IMG/VR virus record: IMGVR_UViG_3300040971_000176
Location: 1 to 47,167 of that record
Direction: 5' to 3' (one strand)
Length of the DNA: 47,167 bases
Origin: a virus
Lineage: Duplodnaviria > Caudoviricetes
A model generated the notes under the pieces. The model did no database searches, was not told the origin of the DNA, and was given only the letters and a program-made list of their open reading frames with translations. Position 1 is the first letter of the stretch. Every line of letters starts with the position of its first letter. Below are positions 37,027 to 44,856 of the stretch, in pieces. The translations under genes and the position numbers were made by a program.

Positions 37027-37125
37027 CTGTTGCGGACTATTTGGCGCGACGTGTTCGGGCCGCAGCGCATTTCTCTCTGCGCCAAACAGCGCGCAAATTT
37101 ACGCCAAACAGCGCGCGCGCTTACA
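37027..37125 (-). repeat. Prophage right end with transposase-binding sites R1, R2 and inverted R3
   Basis: Reverse-complement TGTAAGCGCGCGCGCTGTTTGGCGT and AAATTTGCGCGCTGTTTGGCGC in tandem; TTGCGGACTATTTGGCGC in the opposite orientation. Confidence 0.85.
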
Positions 37126-37128
37126 GGG

Positions 37129-37179
37129 CGCTTAATTTTGGCCCACAAGCCGCTTAATTTTGAATTTGTAAACTAACCT
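37129..37179. repeat. End repeats of the mini-Mu
   Basis: CGCTTAATTTTG at 37129-37140 and 37151-37162 (22-bp period), plus a weaker inverted copy TAAACTAACC. Confidence 0.7.
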
Positions 37180-37201
37180 CACTCTGGCCATCCGGGCATG
37201 G

Positions 37202-37933
37202 TCAGGACTCCTCAATTTTTCGCCCACGCGCCCTGGCCAGGGTGGAAAGTTTCTTCACGAATCGCCGCACTGCATAGATACTTGGAGCCCCCGGCTTTGG
37301 CCTGTGTGGCGGCCCGAACACCTGGCGGTATGCGTCCGTCAGGGTTGGCTTGCTTGGCCGCCGGTACGCGGCCAGAAGCTCAGGAGCCCACGCGGGTACG
37401 GTAAGGTCGGGGCCCGGCCTAGCTGGGGCCAGCGCGGCCTCGCCGCCCTTGGCGAAGGCTAAGCACCAACGTTGCAAACTGCTGCTGGACAGCCCTCGCT
37501 TACCGCCGCCAGACCGATCATTTGCCATGTCCACCACCAGCGCAAGATGCGGTGCCAGGCCGCCACGTTGCGACGCCTCAACCAGGTTGTTCCTGATTGC
37601 TGTCTTGGCTATCCCTGTGGCCGCCAGTCGCTCGATTTCGCGAACAAACGCCAGCCTGGCGGTCAACACTTCGCGTTGCTTCCTAGTCAAAAGCGACGCG
37701 CCCACGGGCTCGTTGTTCGCTGACGACGGGACCTTATCGACGACTATCGGCGTCGAGGCCAACCGCTCCCACGCCAGCACGCGGGCGCTGAGGGAGGCAT
37801 TGTCCTCGGCCATCAGCTTCACTTGGAGTTCAAGCTGCGCCATCTGCTCGGCCAGGGAACTATGGCCGGCAAACTCGAACATCTCCCGGATGCTGCGGAT
37901 GATGTGCTGGAGTTCGACATCCTGCCTAGGCAT
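37202..37933 (-). CDS. Coiled coil fused to a stand-alone MuA end-binding domain, no DDE core
   Basis: Residues ~76-240 align at about 70% identity (by hand) with prophage MuA residues ~78-240; stops before the catalytic domain. Confidence 0.85.
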   Translation of the reverse strand: MPRQDVELQHIIRSIREMFEFAGHSSLAEQMAQLELQVKLMAEDNASLSARVLAWERLASTPIVVDKVPSSANNEPVGASLLTRKQREVLTARLAFVREIERLAATGIAKTAIRNNLVEASQRGGLAPHLALVVDMANDRSGGGKRGLSSSSLQRWCLAFAKGGEAALAPARPGPDLTVPAWAPELLAAYRRPSKPTLTDAYRQVFGPPHRPKPGAPSIYAVRRFVKKLSTLARARGRKIEES

Positions 37934-38135
37934 GATTTACCTCGTATTCGGCTCCAGGCACCGTTTCTGCTACAACTTCAAAGCACTTCGGACACCGGAA
38001 CGTGTCCCATCCATTGTCCGGCTTATCCGCAGGATAGACGCGCTTTCCGTCCGTACGACAGACTTTGCGGCATCCGCGCTCGATGAAGAACTCTTGGCCG
38101 CATTTGCAGCGGCCCATGGTTTTGTGATTGCTCAC
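37926..38135 (-). CDS. Small Cys-rich protein
   Basis: GGAGG SD + GTG; CKC...CPKC; overlaps the next gene. Confidence 0.6.
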   Translation of the reverse strand: MSNHKTMGRCKCGQEFFIERGCRKVCRTDGKRVYPADKPDNGWDTFRCPKCFEVVAETVPGAEYEVNHA

Positions 38136-38280
38136 GCGGCCTCCTCTGGCAGTTCTGTTTGTCTCTCATCGCGAGAGGTCAAACGTCGTTGACGATCAAA
38201 AAGCGGAAAATTTGAGAGACGATTGTACGCCAGCGCTCACACGCGCAGGAGGATCCGGGGGTTCGTGGCGTCGGCACCTT

Positions 38281-38628
38281 TCATATTCGGGAGAACTCCA
38301 TTTTCTCTTCAATCCATTGGATCAGATCCACCAGGTCATAGTAAGGAGTGCCGAAGATCCGGACGTAGGGCGGCCCGGCCTTGCGGCTGCGCATCGTCGT
38401 GAGAGTGGAGACTTTGAGCCGCGCGATCTCTGCCGCGTCGGCATGCGGGACTAGCCGGTCGGGGTATTTGCCACTGTGGATGTCCCAAAAGACGTAACCC
38501 AGCGCTGTTTTGAAGGCCGGGCGTTGATCGGCGGCGGGATGGCTGTAGTTTGGCCGTTCGGATTCGGCTTTGTCTTCCATTGGCGTGGATTGAGGGTCTA
38601 TCTCTCGCGATGAATTTTGCTTATTCAC
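38281..38628 (-). CDS. AlpA/excisionase-like HTH protein
   Basis: DAAEIARLKVSTLTTMRSRKAGPPYVRI...YDLVDLIQWI. Confidence 0.75.
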   Translation of the reverse strand: MNKQNSSREIDPQSTPMEDKAESERPNYSHPAADQRPAFKTALGYVFWDIHSGKYPDRLVPHADAAEIARLKVSTLTTMRSRKAGPPYVRIFGTPYYDLVDLIQWIEEKMEFSRI

Positions 38629-38655
38629 TTGATCACCAGCAGTTCTTCTTGTTTG

Positions 38656-38697
38656 AACCGCCCTCTGGACTAGTCCATCCCGAGGGCGGTTTTTTTT
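38656..38697 (+). terminator. Intrinsic terminator on the strand opposite the flanking genes
   Basis: AACCGCCCTC...GAGGGCGGTT followed by a T-run; internal palindrome TGGACTAGTCCA. Confidence 0.6.
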
Positions 38698-38787
38698 GTT
38701 CGGGCCAGTGTCGAAAACTCTCGTTTATAGATCAAAGGGCCGACTCCTTTCGGAAACGGCCCTTTGGTAAATTCACGGATACGGTGT

Positions 38788-39426
38788 CTACTTCCGTCCG
38801 ATACTGAAGCCAATAATGTTGAGTCGCGAATGAAGGACCAGCCCAAGCCGTTCACAGGTGTCGTTTACGGCGAATCGGAACCCCTTCAACTCGTCATTAA
38901 TGCTCTGGACAGTGTTCATTGTTTCAAGCCGTTTATCCTCCAGTATGGTGCCGACGATTTCAACGACCATGTCCTCAAGCGCCTTTTTCGCACCCGCAAG
39001 AGTTGTTTCCGCCTTCGGAATGAGTTTGGTGGCCAAGACTTCCTGCATAACCTCGACTTCTTCTTTCTTGGCCCTGATGGTGGAAAGGTCTTTGGTCAAT
39101 TTGGTCAGGCTGGTGCCGCTTTCAATCGCTGGTTCGAGTTCGGCGTTGAGGCGCTCCGCTTCGGCATTGAGCTTCTCGATTTCCTTCGGGAGCTCTCCAA
39201 GTTTCGCCTCCAGCGCCTGCAGCTTTTCCGCCTTGGCTTGGACATCTTTTTTGGCCTCGGCGAATGGATCAGAGACCGCCGCGTTGATCTTGTCCGTGGC
39301 ACTCTTGATAAACGCCTCAAGCCGGGCTCGCTCAGCTAGTTCCTCTCGGCGTATTCTGGCAAACAGAGGGTCCGCCTCTATGCGTAGCCTCTCCTCTTCG
39401 GGAAGGCCCATTGTTGCGTATGCCAT
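38788..39426 (-). CDS. Long coiled-coil protein
   Basis: GGAGG SD; E/K/A/L-rich heptads. Confidence 0.75.
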   Translation of the reverse strand: MAYATMGLPEEERLRIEADPLFARIRREELAERARLEAFIKSATDKINAAVSDPFAEAKKDVQAKAEKLQALEAKLGELPKEIEKLNAEAERLNAELEPAIESGTSLTKLTKDLSTIRAKKEEVEVMQEVLATKLIPKAETTLAGAKKALEDMVVEIVGTILEDKRLETMNTVQSINDELKGFRFAVNDTCERLGLVLHSRLNIIGFSIGRK

Positions 39427-40222
39427 TGTCGTTCCTCCGTATGTTGATGGTTGAAGTTGCGGTGTCAGTTGTTTGCTTGGTTATGGGCCAAGCATGAAGA
39501 GAGTGCCTTTTTTTCCCAAATACTTTGCGGGTGTATCGCCCGTACGCTTCCACCCTGGCCCTGGAAGCGGCCATGAGTATGTCGATGGGATCTTTGTAGT
39601 CGTAGAAAATGGGAACCTTCCCGGTCTGGGGTCGGAGGATCTTTCCCGCCGCCTGGAGAAGCCTGCCCTGTAACTTGATAGGCGTGGTCAGGAACAGAGA
39701 CGAAAGGCCAGGGCAGTCAAAGCCTTCGCCGATCAGTTGAACCGTGCTTCCCAAAATCCTTACTTCTCCCGCCTGGACTCGCCCCACAATGGCCTCACGT
39801 TGAGCCAGTGGCGTCCTCCCGGCCAGCAGGATCATTTCCAATCCGTGACTCACCAGAGCGTCCCCCAGGATCTCCAGATGGGCAATCCTGTCCGAGACCA
39901 CCAGACATGCTCCGGCCCTTCTGTTCAGTTCGTTCTTAACGTCACCGGCAATCAGGTCATTCCGTGCCTGGTCCTGTGTTAGGGCCACAAGCATTTCCTG
40001 ATAGTGTTCGGCCCCGCCCATGGGGTAGGTGAAGTCTGTCCACCTGATCCGAATCTGCGGCTGTAGTAAGGCCCCTGCGGCGTAGACGTGCGCTTGATCC
40101 ACCTCCCCGGGAAATATTTTTTCGTTTACGGTCAAACGCAATCGGGGAGGAGTATGATCAGGATTGTCCGCCGTTGTCGTGGCTTGCAAGACTGGATGTT
40201 GAATGAGTTTCTCTTTATCCAC
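39332..40222 (-). CDS. Isolated C-terminal domain of an SF2 (DEAD/DEAH) helicase; possibly a captured fragment
   Basis: LVVSDRIAHL, LIGEGFDCPGLSSL, QAAGKILR (motifs IV-VI); no Walker A/B. Confidence 0.7.
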   Translation of the reverse strand: MDKEKLIQHPVLQATTTADNPDHTPPRLRLTVNEKIFPGEVDQAHVYAAGALLQPQIRIRWTDFTYPMGGAEHYQEMLVALTQDQARNDLIAGDVKNELNRRAGACLVVSDRIAHLEILGDALVSHGLEMILLAGRTPLAQREAIVGRVQAGEVRILGSTVQLIGEGFDCPGLSSLFLTTPIKLQGRLLQAAGKILRPQTGKVPIFYDYKDPIDILMAASRARVEAYGRYTRKVFGKKRHSLHAWPITKQTTDTATSTINIRRNDNGIRNNGPSRRGEATHRGGPSVCQNTPRGTS

Positions 40223-40306
40223 GTGTTCACCTGTTCCTTCTTTGGAGATATCCTCAGGCCTTGCCCTGGACTGTTTCGCTCAGTTCAGGGCTTTTTCTTG
40301 GTCAAG

Positions 40307-40546
40307 CTATTCGTCAAAGTCGTTCATCATTCGGGCAACGTCCGTGGCCCTGACCCGGACCGGCTTGTCCTTGAGCGCCACCAGCTTGCCCTCAGCCACC
40401 CATGACCAGACCGTGCGCATGGATACATTCAGGCAGTACGCCGTTTCCCTGACGTTCAATGTGTGCCTGCGCTTGACCAATTCGACCGGCGTCAATGTGA
40501 AATTGTCGAGCAGTTCCGCCTTCGATTTTGGCTCTTGGCTCCCCAT
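40307..40546 (-). CDS. Excisionase-like HTH protein
   Basis: LNVRETAYCLNVSMRTVWSWVAEGKL. Confidence 0.8.
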   Translation of the reverse strand: MGSQEPKSKAELLDNFTLTPVELVKRRHTLNVRETAYCLNVSMRTVWSWVAEGKLVALKDKPVRVRATDVARMMNDFDE

Positions 40547-40554
40547 GTTTTACC

Positions 40555-40800
40555 TCACTCTCCGGAAATAGTGCTGGCATGATCAGCTGCTGCCTGAATG
40601 AAACCCATGATGTGGGCCAAGCCGGAAATGGCTTCAGGATGCAGGGTCATTATTCCGTCCGGCTTCACATGCTCGCCATCAAGGGTGGTCGTCAGAAAGG
40701 CCGCTACGTGTGAAACGCGGATCATGATGTCCGCCGGATGATCTCCGGAGGAAAACAGAGGTTCAAGAGCTGCTGGATTGCCCATGGTCGTGGTCCTCAT
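40555..40800 (-). CDS. Hypothetical protein, paralogue of 41303-41614
   Basis: DHPADIM..SHV.AFL..DG.HVKPDG...LHP.A.SGLAHI.GFI shared by both. Confidence 0.65.
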   Translation of the reverse strand: MRTTTMGNPAALEPLFSSGDHPADIMIRVSHVAAFLTTTLDGEHVKPDGIMTLHPEAISGLAHIMGFIQAAADHASTISGE

Positions 40801-41302
40801 TCACTGGTCTGGGACGTGGCCCGATCCAATGCGGTTGAAGGGTTGAGTTGTGGGGTTGAGTTCACAGGGCCTGAATTACGACGCCAGCAGGGGCGGCCCG
40901 TGGCTGTTGATCTATGGCCACCGAAGGCATACCTTTTATGGACCGGCCGAGTAGTGCAAAGTAGTGCAAATACAGAGAGCCGAGATACTTGGCTGCTTCC
41001 CGATTGGCGGGTATCCACAGCGGTACGAAGATAGGGCTTTCCATGCGCTATATGCGCAAAAGACTGCCCGCATTCGTCCTTCTTGGCCGGGAGGTGAGGC
41101 GCTTTATGCAGAGATAAATCATGTTCCAGCCGACCGGCGATATTGCTTTTCAACGTGCTGCAAGAGCCTGTGCGCTCCATGCAGAAAAAAGGGGCATTCC
41201 CTAATGAATTCTGGGCGAGGAATCGCGATGCACGGCGGCCAGGAGCACCATGAGACAGGAAGTCATGCACAAGATGCCCAGAGGCGTTTTTAAAGCCGTC
41301 CA

Positions 41303-41614
41303 TCAGCACGCCTTCTTCATGGGTTCGCCGCCGTTGATGTTCAATTCGTTTTGCGCCCTTGGAGCCACCAGGTTTCGTCCCAGTTCCTCGGTAGTGGCGG
41401 CTGCCGCAGCAGCCGAGGCAGAATGGATAAAGCCAAGGATGTGGGCCAAGCCAGATACGGCGTCCGGATGCAGGGCAAGCGCGCCGTCCGGCTTCACGTG
41501 GTCGCCGTCGACCATCGTGCAGAGAAAGGCTGAAACGTGCGAAATTTTAGCCATGATGTCCGCCGGATGATCTCCGGGCTGATTCAGCGGCTGAACGATG
41601 TCGAAATTGCCCAT
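41303..41614 (-). CDS. Hypothetical protein, paralogue of 40555-40800
   Basis: AAGGAG SD; same shared motif. Confidence 0.7.
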   Translation of the reverse strand: MGNFDIVQPLNQPGDHPADIMAKISHVSAFLCTMVDGDHVKPDGALALHPDAVSGLAHILGFIHSASAAAAAATTEELGRNLVAPRAQNELNINGGEPMKKAC

Positions 41615-41685
41615 AGTCGTAATTCTCCTTCATTGGCCTGAGCCGTGGTAATATCTAGAAATTTTGATTCTTGTATCTGGCAGCG

Positions 41686-41988
41686 TTACGGTAAATAGTT
41701 AGGGTCAAGCCTGCGAAAATCTGTTACATCACCTCTTATTATTGCCCAACACTTGCCGCATCTGTAGTTTGCCGTGGGCCTTCCGCATGTGGTGCAACGC
41801 CTAATACCGCCCAATTCATGAGTGATTCTTAAGATATTTTCGCATTCACTACAGACTGATTTAATCCTTCCTGAATATCCCTCGCGAAATTCAGAAAAGG
41901 GCTTTTCTTCCAAGCATACTTTGCAAATGCGAAGGCTGTCGGGATCCGCATCGACCTGGTCAAGTCCGGGCACTACTTGGTCTTGCAT
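41686..41988 (-). CDS. Cys-rich zinc-finger protein
   Basis: GGAGG SD; CKVC...CSEC...CTTC...CGKC. Confidence 0.65.
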   Translation of the reverse strand: MQDQVVPGLDQVDADPDSLRICKVCLEEKPFSEFREGYSGRIKSVCSECENILRITHELGGIRRCTTCGRPTANYRCGKCWAIIRGDVTDFRRLDPNYLP

Positions 41989-42554
41989 TCGGTTTTCCTC
42001 CGGGCTGATTTGAGCGTGTTATTCAGTGCCGCCACCACGTTGCCCAGGGCCTGAACGTCCGTGGCGTCCAGGCAGTTGCAACCGGTCTGGCGCTTCAAGA
42101 TCGACGCGGCATAGTCCCATGGAACATACCGCCCCTTGGCCCTCCCGAGTTCGCTCAAGAGCGCCTCTATCTTTCTCATAATGGGCACTGTCGGATGGTC
42201 CCTTCCGCACGTAAGGGTCATTGGGCGACCATGGCGGTCCAGAACATGGACGGATCGATCTGCCCAACCTTTGGAGCGCAGAAAGGAAACGAGCCGGACA
42301 AGCCCCTGGTCATCAAGCGCTGTGCATGAAGAAACGCCAAAATTCACATCAAGCAGCACGCGATAGTCCGCATCGTTTATTCCAAGCTGTTTTTGAGCAA
42401 TTTTAACTTTTGCAATCAATTGTCTTCTCTGTAGACTTATTTTTTTATTGACAAAATTATCCTTATTTTTGTCAGTTTTTTTCTTCTCTACCTGTTTGTT
42501 ACTGGCAAGATAAACAGTCAAATCTATAACTTTGAATTGATTTTTACTATTCAT
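41973..42554 (-). CDS. GemA-like (DUF1018) protein of the mini-Mu
   Basis: RRQLIAKVKIAQKQLGINDADYRVLL...LRSKGW; homologous to 10318-10725. Confidence 0.8.
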   Translation of the reverse strand: MNSKNQFKVIDLTVYLASNKQVEKKKTDKNKDNFVNKKISLQRRQLIAKVKIAQKQLGINDADYRVLLDVNFGVSSCTALDDQGLVRLVSFLRSKGWADRSVHVLDRHGRPMTLTCGRDHPTVPIMRKIEALLSELGRAKGRYVPWDYAASILKRQTGCNCLDATDVQALGNVVAALNNTLKSARRKTECKTK

Positions 42555-42680
42555 GACTGTGCCTCGCGATTTGAGTGCAATACTAAAGTTTCAATATAGT
42601 TTATTACTTAACCAAGATTTCAAATTTTGCGCTCATTTACTCACCGCGCACTGACCGCAACGCTTGCGACGTCCAAATTT

Positions 42681-42775
42681 CAATTCTAAGGCGTTTTTGA
42701 TCGTGGCCCGATCATTATCCCGGCTTTTCTCTCCGATCGAATCTAGCCCGTTTACGGGCCGTTTACAGAGCGTCT
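42681..42775. other. SGS-like cis element of the mini-Mu
   Basis: CAATTCT...GCGTTTT.GA...AATCTA with 59-bp spacing versus 61 bp in the prophage copy at 20353. Confidence 0.4.
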
Positions 42776-42888
42776 TATTTAGGTACTTCCGTGGCGCATG
42801 CGCCAACGTGCTGCGCATTCGACGGCGATGCCACCTGCTGGCCCGATCGTGACGGCGAGAATTCTCGCCGCCACTCGGGACCAACGGG

Positions 42889-43098
42889 TCAAACTGCCAC
42901 CCTCAGCGTGGACAAGTAGGTTGTTGCTGGACCTATAGGCTGCGGGACCACAAGGGTCCTCTCCAGCTCTTCCACATCCTCCGCAGCCGCCACCAGGTTG
43001 GCATGGTCAATTCGAAGCAGCTCCGCCTGCTCCTGAGACACCTGGCCCATGAGCACGTTCAGCGCCGCAGAATTCGTTCTGATTTTGTCACTGACCAT
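42889..43098 (-). CDS. Hypothetical early protein, homologue of 6533-6757
   Basis: MVSDKIR..AL..LM.QV..EQA...NL.AAA...E..LVVP conserved. Confidence 0.75.
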   Translation of the reverse strand: MVSDKIRTNSAALNVLMGQVSQEQAELLRIDHANLVAAAEDVEELERTLVVPQPIGPATTYLSTLRVAV

Positions 43099-43456
43099 TT
43101 TTGCATCCTCCGTGGGGGCATTCACCGTGACAGGCCCGATACAGCCTAACCACCAGTGGGTTGATTGATAAAAAAGGTTGGTTCTGATTGTGGCGGCAGC
43201 GTTCGGCGCTTATGTGGCCCAGGACAGGACATTCGACGTCGCTCAGGACTGCCTCAACACGCCCCTGGATGAAGTCCAGGCGGGCATGGTGAGCATTGCG
43301 TACCGCCAAAGAGACAAGGGCTGGGGAAACGCCAAGAGAGGCGGCCACTGTGCGCATACTGGATCTGTCGCAGGCCTTGGCAAGCGTCTCCACCCACTCC
43401 GGCAGCACTTCGCCCCATCCCGAATGAGCCAAGGCCTTTGCGCTGAACTGCTTCAC
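43088..43456 (-). CDS. HTH protein with Cys-rich C-terminus, homologue of 6205-6522
   Basis: SMRTVAASLGVSPALVSLAVRN...VECPVLG...C...C..ECPH. Confidence 0.75.
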   Translation of the reverse strand: MKQFSAKALAHSGWGEVLPEWVETLAKACDRSSMRTVAASLGVSPALVSLAVRNAHHARLDFIQGRVEAVLSDVECPVLGHISAERCRHNQNQPFLSINPLVVRLYRACHGECPHGGCKNGQ

Positions 43457-44058
43457 TGGTCGTCCCTGCCATCCGGATCAGAGGAGTAAACAACTTTGCC
43501 CGTGTTCGGGTCGAAGAGCTGTTTCAACCTCAGGATCTGCGGGGCCTTGCTCCCGGTGAAGCGGGAGCGAATGAAGCGAAAGCGGTTCCCTGACTGGACA
43601 AGGTAGCCACCACGGGCCAGCCAATAGCAGTAGCCCTTGGCCTCGGAGAAAGAGATCCCGGATGCGGGGAGGCTGGCCGCATGCATGAGTTCCCTGGGGG
43701 AGAATTCGCCCAGGACCCGCATTGCCTTCCACATCCGGTTGCGACCAGATTCGAATAGGATGGTTCCATCCCTGCGCACGCGCGGGGCGCGTACGCCGGT
43801 ATCATTGATCAGTTCGAAACGCGTTGGTTCGAACCGAACTAACGGTGCCTTACTCACGATCCCGGCCAGGACCAGGCCACGGAGATAATCCTTAGCCTTG
43901 CTTTCCGAGACGGTGGCGTCGCGGTCCTTGCCGATGTTTACGGCGCGGCACAGGTCGCTTATCGTAAACACACGCAGCTCACGCATCGCCGTCCACAACC
44001 GTTCCCGGTCGGTCAGCACTCCCGCCGGGGAGCAATGCCTTGCGGGCGTCTGGCTCAT
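43453..44058 (-). CDS. Tandem winged-helix-like early protein
   Basis: RERLWTAMRELRVFT / RNRMWKAMRVLGEFS duplicated halves; FDPNTGKV C-terminus. Confidence 0.75.
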   Translation of the reverse strand: MSQTPARHCSPAGVLTDRERLWTAMRELRVFTISDLCRAVNIGKDRDATVSESKAKDYLRGLVLAGIVSKAPLVRFEPTRFELINDTGVRAPRVRRDGTILFESGRNRMWKAMRVLGEFSPRELMHAASLPASGISFSEAKGYCYWLARGGYLVQSGNRFRFIRSRFTGSKAPQILRLKQLFDPNTGKVVYSSDPDGRDDQ

Positions 44059-44804
44059 GCGATCCTCCGGCGGCTCGGGGCCTCTCCCGTGTAGAGTTCA
44101 CGGGAACCCCACGCGGCCAGATCCATCACGTCACGGCCCTCCACCTGGGCCTGCTCTTCAATCCTGGAGATGTTGACACAGATCCGCCGCACAGACCCCC
44201 CGGCCACGGAGTGGACCTTGTCCAGTAGGTCGTCCGCAATCCGCACCTTGGCGGCGTGCAACTCGGCCAGAGCCTTACAATCTTTAAGGCTTGCGGGCTG
44301 GGCGGGTGCCCAATCCAGCACGCGGCCGTGGAAGCGCTCCCACCGCTTCAGCTTCCCGGGAAGGCCCTCTTCGCCGATCAGCATCACCGGGGTCTGACTG
44401 GCCTCATATAGGTCTCGGATGATCTCGATCGTTCCGCGTTCCACCAGGTAGTCCGCCTCATCCACGATGAGCGGGCGCTTGGACAGGGATAGCTCTTCCG
44501 CAATCTGGTCGGACATCTCAGCTACGGTCTTGGCCGGGATCACGCCCAGGCCCTTCAAAATAGCCTGGTGGGCGGCCTTGCGGGTCCAACTGCTGCGGGC
44601 CTGCACGTAAACGGCATCCGTTTGGATCATGGCCACCGTGGCGGCAGTGGACTTGCCATAGCCGGACGGGCCATAGAAACACACGATCCCGGGCAGGTGA
44701 CTCGGGCGGTTTATCGCTCGCTTCAAAGTGTAAAGGCATGCGTAAACGTTCTCCAGCGACGCGACTCCGGGACCGAGACAAGAAATTGCGGACATGACAG
44801 GCAC
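44055..44804 (-). CDS. MuB-like AAA+ ATPase of the mini-Mu
   Basis: Walker A GPSGYGKS, Walker B LIVDEAD. Confidence 0.92.
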   Translation of the reverse strand: MPVMSAISCLGPGVASLENVYACLYTLKRAINRPSHLPGIVCFYGPSGYGKSTAATVAMIQTDAVYVQARSSWTRKAAHQAILKGLGVIPAKTVAEMSDQIAEELSLSKRPLIVDEADYLVERGTIEIIRDLYEASQTPVMLIGEEGLPGKLKRWERFHGRVLDWAPAQPASLKDCKALAELHAAKVRIADDLLDKVHSVAGGSVRRICVNISRIEEQAQVEGRDVMDLAAWGSRELYTGEAPSRRRIA

Positions 44805-44856
44805 TCCTTGAAGGTTGTGGTTAAGGGCCTCTCGGGCCTGGTCAAATTCAGAAATT

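Larger units (their letters stand above)
561..37125 (+). mobile_element. Complete Mu-like (transposable) prophage with a non-contractile tail
   Basis: TG at 561 and CA at 37125; GGGCG duplicated at 556-560 and 37126-37130; TTTGGC at positions 18-23 from both termini; MuA/MuB, Mu-type head genes, tube and tape measure, no sheath. Confidence 0.95.

Noticed and set aside
549-37190. Alternative prophage boundaries TG at 549 and CA at 37190 (or CA at 37181)
   Set aside because: No target duplication. The pair 561/37125 gives an exact GGGCG TSD and symmetric binding-site spacing, and the outer sequences are better explained as the other element's end.
37202-37933. Transposase gene truncated by the phage insertion or by misassembly
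   Set aside because: It has its own stop about 75 bp from the junction, with the element's end repeats in between. It has a different N-terminus and extensive synonymous divergence from the phage gene.
40797-41309. 170-aa minus-strand ORF as an Ash/Icd-like satellite gene
   Set aside because: Overlaps with its neighbours fit an operon, but the composition is atypical and no Ash motifs could be confirmed; left uncalled
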